Source: Eledone cirrhosa
Lineage: Eukaryota
Reading direction: 5' to 3'
NCBI GenBank assembly: GCA_964016885.1
Contig: OZ024741.1
Coordinates: forward strand, 414,098,001 to 414,162,000
DNA length: 64,000 nt
Positions 56,801-64,000 of this stretch are shown here, one piece after another (position 1 is the stretch's first letter; the number at the start of each line of letters is the position of its first letter). The notes beneath the pieces are model-generated. The model was not told where the DNA came from. It worked only from the letters and a program-made list of their open reading frames with translations, and ran no database searches. The translations under genes were made by a program, and so were the position numbers.

Positions 56801-59800
56801 AATGTAAGACACTGTCTATGTTGTTTAATCCTTCCATTACCATATTTCTAATGTAAGAGACTGTCTATATTGTTTAACCCTTTCATTACCATATTTCTAA
56901 TGTAAGACACTGTCTATGTTGTTTAACCCTTTCATTACCATATTTCTAATGTAAGACACTATCTATGTTGTTTAACCCTTCTATTACCATATTTCTAATG
57001 TAAGACACTGTCTATATTGTTTAACCCTTTCATTACCATATTTCTAATGTAAGACACTGTCTATGTTGTTTAACCCTTTCACTACCACATTTCTAATGTA
57101 AGACACTATCTATGTTGTTTAACCCTTTCATTACCATATTTCTAATGTAAGACACTATCTATGTTGTTTAACCCTTACATTACCATATTTCTAATGTAAG
57201 ACACTGTCTATGTTGTTTAACCCTTTCACTACCATATTTCTAATGTAAGACACTGTCTATGTTGTTTAACCCTTCCACTACCATATTTCTAATGTAAGAC
57301 ACTATCTATGTTGTTTAACCCTTTCATTACCATATTTCTAATGTAAGACACTGTCTATGTTGTTTAACCCATTCACTACCATATTTCTAATGTAAGACAC
57401 TGTCTATGTTGTTTAATCCTTTCATTAAAATATTTCTAATGTAAGACACTGTCTATGTTGTTTAACCCTTTCATTACCATATTTCTAATGTAAGACACTG
57501 TCTATGTTGTTTAATCCTTCCATTACCATATTTCTAATGTAAGACACTGTCTATGTTGTTTAACCCTTTCACTACCATATTTCTAATGTAAGACACTGTC
57601 TATATTGTTTAATCCTTTCATTACAATATTTCTAATGTAAGACACTGTCTATGTTGTTTAACCCTTCCATTACCATATTTCTAATATAAGACACTGTCTA
57701 TGTTGTTTAACCCTTACATTACCATATTTCTAATGTAAGACACTGTCTATGTTGTTTAACCCTTTCACTACCATATTTCTAATGTAAGACACTGTCTATG
57801 TTGTTTAACCCTTCCATTACCATATTTCTAATGTAAGACACTGTCTATGTTGTTTAATCCTTCCATTACCATATTTCTAATGTAAGAGACTGTCTATATT
57901 GTTTAACCCTTTCATTACCATATTTCTAATGTAAGAGACTGTCTATATTGTTTAACCCTTTCATTACCATATTTCTAATGTAAGACACTGTCTATGTTGT
58001 TTAACCCTTTCATTACCATATGTCTAATGTAAGACACTATCTATGTTGTTTAACCCTTTCATTACCATATTTCTAATGTAAGACACTGTCTATGTTGTTT
58101 AACCCTTCCATTACCATATTTCTAACGTAAGACACTGTGTATATTGTTTAACCCTTTCATTACCATATTTCTAATGTAAGACACTGTCTATGTTGTTTAA
58201 CCATTTCATTACCATATTTTTAATGTAAGACACTGTCTATCTTGTTTAACCCTTTCACTACCATATTTCTAATGTAAGACAGTATCTATGTTGTTTAACC
58301 CTTTCATTACCATATTTCTAATGTAAGACACTGTCTATGTTGTTTAACCCTTTCACTACCACATTTCTAATGTAAGACACTGTCTATGTTGTTTAACACT
58401 TTCATTACCATATTTCTAATGTAAGAGACTGTCTATGTTGTTTAACCCTTTCATTACCATATTTCTAATGTAAGACACTGTCTATGTTGTTTAATCCTTC
58501 CATTACCATATTTCTAATGTAAGACACTCTCTATATTGTTTAACCCTTTCATTACCATATTTCTAATGTAAGACACTGTCTATGTTGTTTAACCCTTTCA
58601 TTACCGTATTTCTAATGTAAGACACTGTCTATGTTGTTTAACCATTTCATTACCATATTTCTAATGTAAGACACTGTCTATGTTGTTTAACACTTTCATT
58701 ACCATATTTCTAATGTAAGACACTGTCTATGTTGTTTAATCCTTCCATTACCATATTTCTAATGTAAGAGACTGTCTATATTGTTTAACCCTTTCATTAC
58801 CATATTTCTAATGTAAGACACTGTCTATGTTGTTTAACCCTTTCATTACCATATTTCTAATGTAAGACACTATCTATGTTGTTTAACCCTTCTATTACCA
58901 TATTTCTAATGTAAGACACTGTCTATATTGTTTAACCCTTTCATTACCATATTTCTAATGTAAGACACTGTCTATGTTGTTTAACCCTTTCACTACCACA
59001 TTTCTAATGTAAGACACTATCTATGTTGTTTAACCCTTTCATTACCATATTTCTAATGTAAGACACTATCTATGTTGTTTAACCCTTACATTACCATATT
59101 TCTAATGTAAGACACTGTCTATGTTGTTTAACCCTTTCACTACCATATTTCTAATGTAAGACACTGTCTATGTTGTTTAACCCTTCCACTACCATATTTC
59201 TAATGTAAGACACTATCTATGTTGTTTAACCCTTTCATTACCATATTTCTAATGTAAGACACTGTCTATGTTGTTTAACCCATTCACTACCATATTTCTA
59301 ATGTAAGACACTGTCTATGTTGTTTAATCCTTTCATTAAAATATTTCTAATGTAAGACACTGTCTATGTTGTTTAACCCTTTCATTACCATATTTCTAAT
59401 GTAAGACACTGTCTATGTTGTTTAATCCTTCCATTACCATATTTCTAATGTAAGACACTGTCTATGTTGTTTAACCCTTTCACTACCATATTTCTAATGT
59501 AAGACACTGTCTATATTGTTTAATCCTTTCATTACAATATTTCTAATGTAAGACACTGTCTATGTTGTTTAACCCTTCCATTACCATATTTCTAATATAA
59601 GACACTGTCTATGTTGTTTAACCCTTACATTACCATATTTCTAATGTAAGACACTGTCTATGTTGTTTAACCCTTTCACTACCATATTTCTAATGTAAGA
59701 CACTGTCTATGTTGTTTAACCCTTCCATTACCATATTTCTAATGTAAGACACTGTCTATGTTGTTTAATCCTTCCATTACCATATTTCTAATGTAAGAGA

Positions 59801-62800
59801 CTGTCTATATTGTTTAACCCTTTCATTACCATATTTCTAATGTAAGAGACTGTCTATATTGTTTAACCCTTTCATTACCATATTTCTAATGTAAGACACT
59901 GTCTATGTTGTTTAACCCTTTCATTACCATATGTCTAATGTAAGACACTATCTATGTTGTTTAACCCTTTCATTACCATATTTCTAATGTAAGACACTAT
60001 CTATGTTGTTTAACCCTTTCATTACCATATTTCTAATGTAAGACACTGTCTATGTTGTTTAACCCATTCACTACCATATTTCTAATGTAAGACACTGTCT
60101 ATGTTGTTTAATCCTTTCATTACAATATTTCTAATGTAAGACACTGTCTATGTTGTTTAACCCTTTCATTACCATATTTCTAATGTAAGACACTGTCTAT
60201 GTTGTTTAATCCTTCCATTACCATATTTCTAATGTAAGACACTGTCTATGTTGTTTAACCCTTTCATTACCATATTTCTAATGTAAGACACTGTCTATGT
60301 TGTTTAACCCTTTCACTACCATATTTCTAATGTAAGACACTGTCTATGTTGTTTAACCCTTCCATTACCATATTTCTAATGTAAGACACTGTCTATGTTG
60401 TTTAATCCTTCCATTACCATATTTCTAATGTAAGAGACTGTCTATATTGTTTAACCCTTTCATTACCATATTTCTAATGTAAGACACTGTCTATGTTGTT
60501 TAACCCTTTCATTACCATATTTCTAATGTAAGACACTATCTATGTTGTTTAACCCTTTCATTACCATATTTCTAATGTAAGACACTATCTATGTTGTTTA
60601 ACCCTTTCATTACCATATTTCTAATGTAAGACACTGTCTATGTTGTTTAACCCTTTCACTACCATATTTCTAATGTAAGACACTGTCTATGTTGTTTAAC
60701 CCTTCCACTACCATATTTCTAATGTAAGACACTATCTATGTTGTTTAACCCTTTCATTACCATATTTCTAATGTAAGACACTGTCTATGTTGTTTAACCC
60801 ATTCACTACCATATTTCTAATGTAAGACACTGTCTATGTTGTTTAATCCTTTCATTACAATATTTCTAATGTAAGACACTGTCTATGTTGTTTAACCCTT
60901 TCATTACCATATTTCTAATGTAAGACACTGTCTATGTTGTTTAATCCTTCCATTACCATATTTCTAATGTAAGACACTGTCTATGTTGTTTAACCCTTTC
61001 ATTACCATATTTCTAATGTAAGACACTGTCTATGTTGTTTAACCCTTTCACTACCATATTTCTAATGTAAGACACTGTCTATATTGTTTAATCCTTTCAT
61101 TACAATATTTCTAATGTAAGACACTGTCTATGTTGTTTAAACCTTCCATTACCATATTTCTAATATAAGACACTGTCTATGTTGTTTAACCCTTACATTA
61201 CCATATTTCTAATGTAAGACACTGTCTATGTTGTTTAACCCTTTCACTACCATATTTCTAATGTAAGACACTGTCTATGTTGTTTAACCCTTCCATTACC
61301 ATATTTCTAATGTAAGACACTGTCTATTTTGTTTAACCCTTCCATTACCATATTTCTAATGTAAGACACTGTCTATGTTGTTTAACCCTTTCATTACCAT
61401 ATTTCTAATGTAAGACACTGTCTATGTTGTTTAACCCTTTCATTACCATATTTCTAATGTAAGACACTGTCTATGTTGTTTAACCCTTCCATTACCATAT
61501 TTCTAATGTAAGACACTGTCTATGTTGTTTAACCCTTCCCTTACCATATTTCTAATGTAAGACACTGTCTATGTTGTTTAACCCTTTCATTACCATATTT
61601 CTAATGTAAGACACTGTCTATGTTGTTTAACCCTTTCATTACCATATTTCTAATGTAAGACACTGTCTATGTTGTTTAACCCTTCCATTACCATATTTCT
61701 AATGTAAGACACTGTCTATGTTGTTTAACCCTTCCATTACCATATTTCTAATGTAAGACACTGTCTATGTTGTTTAACCCTTCCATTACCATATTTCTAA
61801 TGTAAGACACTGTCTATGTTGTTTAACCCTTTCATTACCATATTTCTAATGTAAGACACTATCTATGTTGTTTAACCCTTCCATTACCATATTTCTAATG
61901 TAAGACACTGTCTATGTTGTTTAACCCTTCCATTACCATATTTCTAATGTAAGACACTGTCTATGTTGTTTAACCCTTTCATTACCATATTTCTAATGTA
62001 AGACACTGCCTATGTTGTTTAATCCTTTCATTACCATATTTCTAATATAAGACACTATCTATGTTGTTTAACCCTTTCATTACCATATTTCTAATGTAAG
62101 ACACTGTCTATGTTGTTTAACGCTTTCACTACCATATTTCTAATGTAAGACACTGTCTATGTTGTTTAACCATTTCATTACCATATTTCTAATGTAAGAC
62201 ACTGTCTATGTTGTTTAACCCTTCCATTACCATATTTCTAACGTAAGACACTGTCTATATTGTTTAACCCTTTCATTACCATATTTCTAATGTAAGACAC
62301 TGTCTATGTTGTTTAACCATTTCATTACCATATTTTTAATGTAAGACACTGTCTATCTTGTTTAACCCTTTCACTACCATATTTCTAATGTAAGACAGTA
62401 TCTATGTTGTTTAACCCTTTCATTACCATATTTCTAATGTAAGACACTGTCTATGTTGTTTAACCCTTTCACTACCACATTTCTAATGTAAGACACTGCC
62501 TATGTTGTTTAACACTTTCATTACCATATTTCTAATGTAAGAGACTGTCTATGTTGTTTAACCCTTTCATTACCATATTTCTAATGTAAGACACTGTCTA
62601 TGTTGTTTAATCCTTCCATTACCATATTTCTAATGTAAGACACTGTCTATATTGTTTAACCCTTTCATTACCATATTTCTAATGTAAGACACTGTCTATG
62701 TTGTTTAACCCTTTCATTACCATATTTCTAATGTAAGACACTATCTATGTTGTTTAACCCTTTCATTACCATATTTCTAATGTAAGACACTGTCTATGTT

Positions 62801-64000
62801 GTTTAACCCTTTCACTACCATATCTCTAATGTAAGACACTGTCTATGTTGTTTAACCCTTCCACTACCATATTTCTAATGTAAGACAACATCTATGTTGT
62901 TTAACCCTTTCATTACCATATTTCTAATGTAAGACACTGTCTATGTTGTTTAACCCATTCACTACCATATTTCTAATGTAAGACACTGTCTATGTTGTTT
63001 CATCCTTTCATTACAATATTTCTAATGTAAGACACTGTCTATGTTGTTTAACCCTTTCATTACCATATTTCTAATGTAAGACACTGTCTATGTTGTTTAA
63101 TCCTTCCATTACCATATTTCTAATGTAAGACACTGTCTATGTTGTTTAACCCTTTCACTACCATATTTCTAATGTAAGACACTGTCTATATTGTTTAATC
63201 CTTTCATTACAATATTTCTAATGTAAGACACTGTCTATGTTGTTTAACCCTTTCATTACCATATTTCTAATGTAAGACACTGTCTATGTTGTTTAACCCT
63301 TTCATTACCATATTTCTAATGTAAGACACTGTCTATGTTGTTTAACCCTTCCATTACCATATTACTAATGTAAGACACTGTCTATGTTGTTTAACCCTTC
63401 CATTACCATATTTCTAATGTAAGACACTGTCTATGTTGTTTAACCCTTCCATTACCATATTTCTAATGTAAGACACTGTCTATGTTGTTTAACCCTTTCA
63501 TTACCATATTTCTAATGTAAGACACTGTCTATGTTGTTTAACCCTTCCATTACCATATTTCTAATGTAAGACACTGTCTATGTTGTTTAACCCTTCCATT
63601 ACCATATTTCTAATGTAAGACACTGTCTATATTGTTTAACCCTTTCATTACCATATTTCTAATGTAAGACACTGCCTATGTTGTTTAATCCTTTCATTAC
63701 CATATTTCTAATGTAAGACACTATCTATGTTGTTTAACCCTTTCATTACCATATTTCTAATGTAAGACACTGTCTATGTTGTTTAACGCTTTCACTACCA
63801 TATTTCTAATGTAAGACACTGTCTATGTTGTTTAACCATTTCATTACCATATTTCTAATGTAAGACACTGTCTATGTTGTTTAACCCTTCCATTACCATA
63901 TTTCTAACGTAAGACACTGTCTATATTGTTTAACCCTTTCATTACCATATTTCTAATGTAAGACACTGTCTATGTTGTTTAACCATTTCATTACCATATT
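17884..64000. repeat. 49-bp satellite array, consensus TTAACCCTTTCATTACCATATTTCTAATGTAAGACACTGTCTATGTTGT, ~940 head-to-tail copies, truncated by the window end
   Basis: Directly visible, with typically 0-3 substitutions per monomer. Phase check: TCTAA at 17901 and at 63903 differ by 46002 = 939x49 - 9. That matches the three deletions seen (4 bp at ~24530, 4 bp at ~29573, 1 bp at ~53348). Confidence 0.99.

Noticed and set aside
17884-64000. CRISPR array
   Set aside because: There are no unique spacers. The 'variable' part differs by only 1-3 substitutions. No cas genes are present and the context is eukaryotic.
1-64000. Common origin of the two arrays (TGTCTAGTT vs TGTCTATGTT)
   Set aside because: The shared word is short and AT-rich, and the rest of the monomers do not align.

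Overview
This is AT-rich eukaryotic (animal) DNA, not prokaryotic. The repeat landscape resembles cephalopod (octopus-like) genomes, but that rests on recollection and is unverified. About 95% of the window is two unrelated tandem arrays. The first is a 16/14-bp minisatellite (TATGTCTAGTTATATG) from the left edge to ~15050. The second is a very homogeneous 49-bp satellite (TTAACCCTTTCATTACCATATTTCTAATGTAAGACACTGTCTATGTTGT, ~940 copies) from ~17884 to the right edge. Between them is a ~2.8-kb island containing a tRNA-derived SINE head, (TA)n tracts, a 5'-truncated RTE-clade LINE (intact C-terminal ORF, (TGA)n tail, candidate 26-bp target-site duplication), a 71-bp fold-back palindrome, other retroelement fragments, and a candidate 159-bp coding exon with a weak sulfotransferase-like motif. 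There is no CRISPR array, operon or complete gene, and I cannot claim a new multi-gene system. The best leads are the orphan exon between two giant arrays, a possible piggyBac/MITE-terminus origin of the 49-mer, and the nested, layered duplication history readable from variant monomers.
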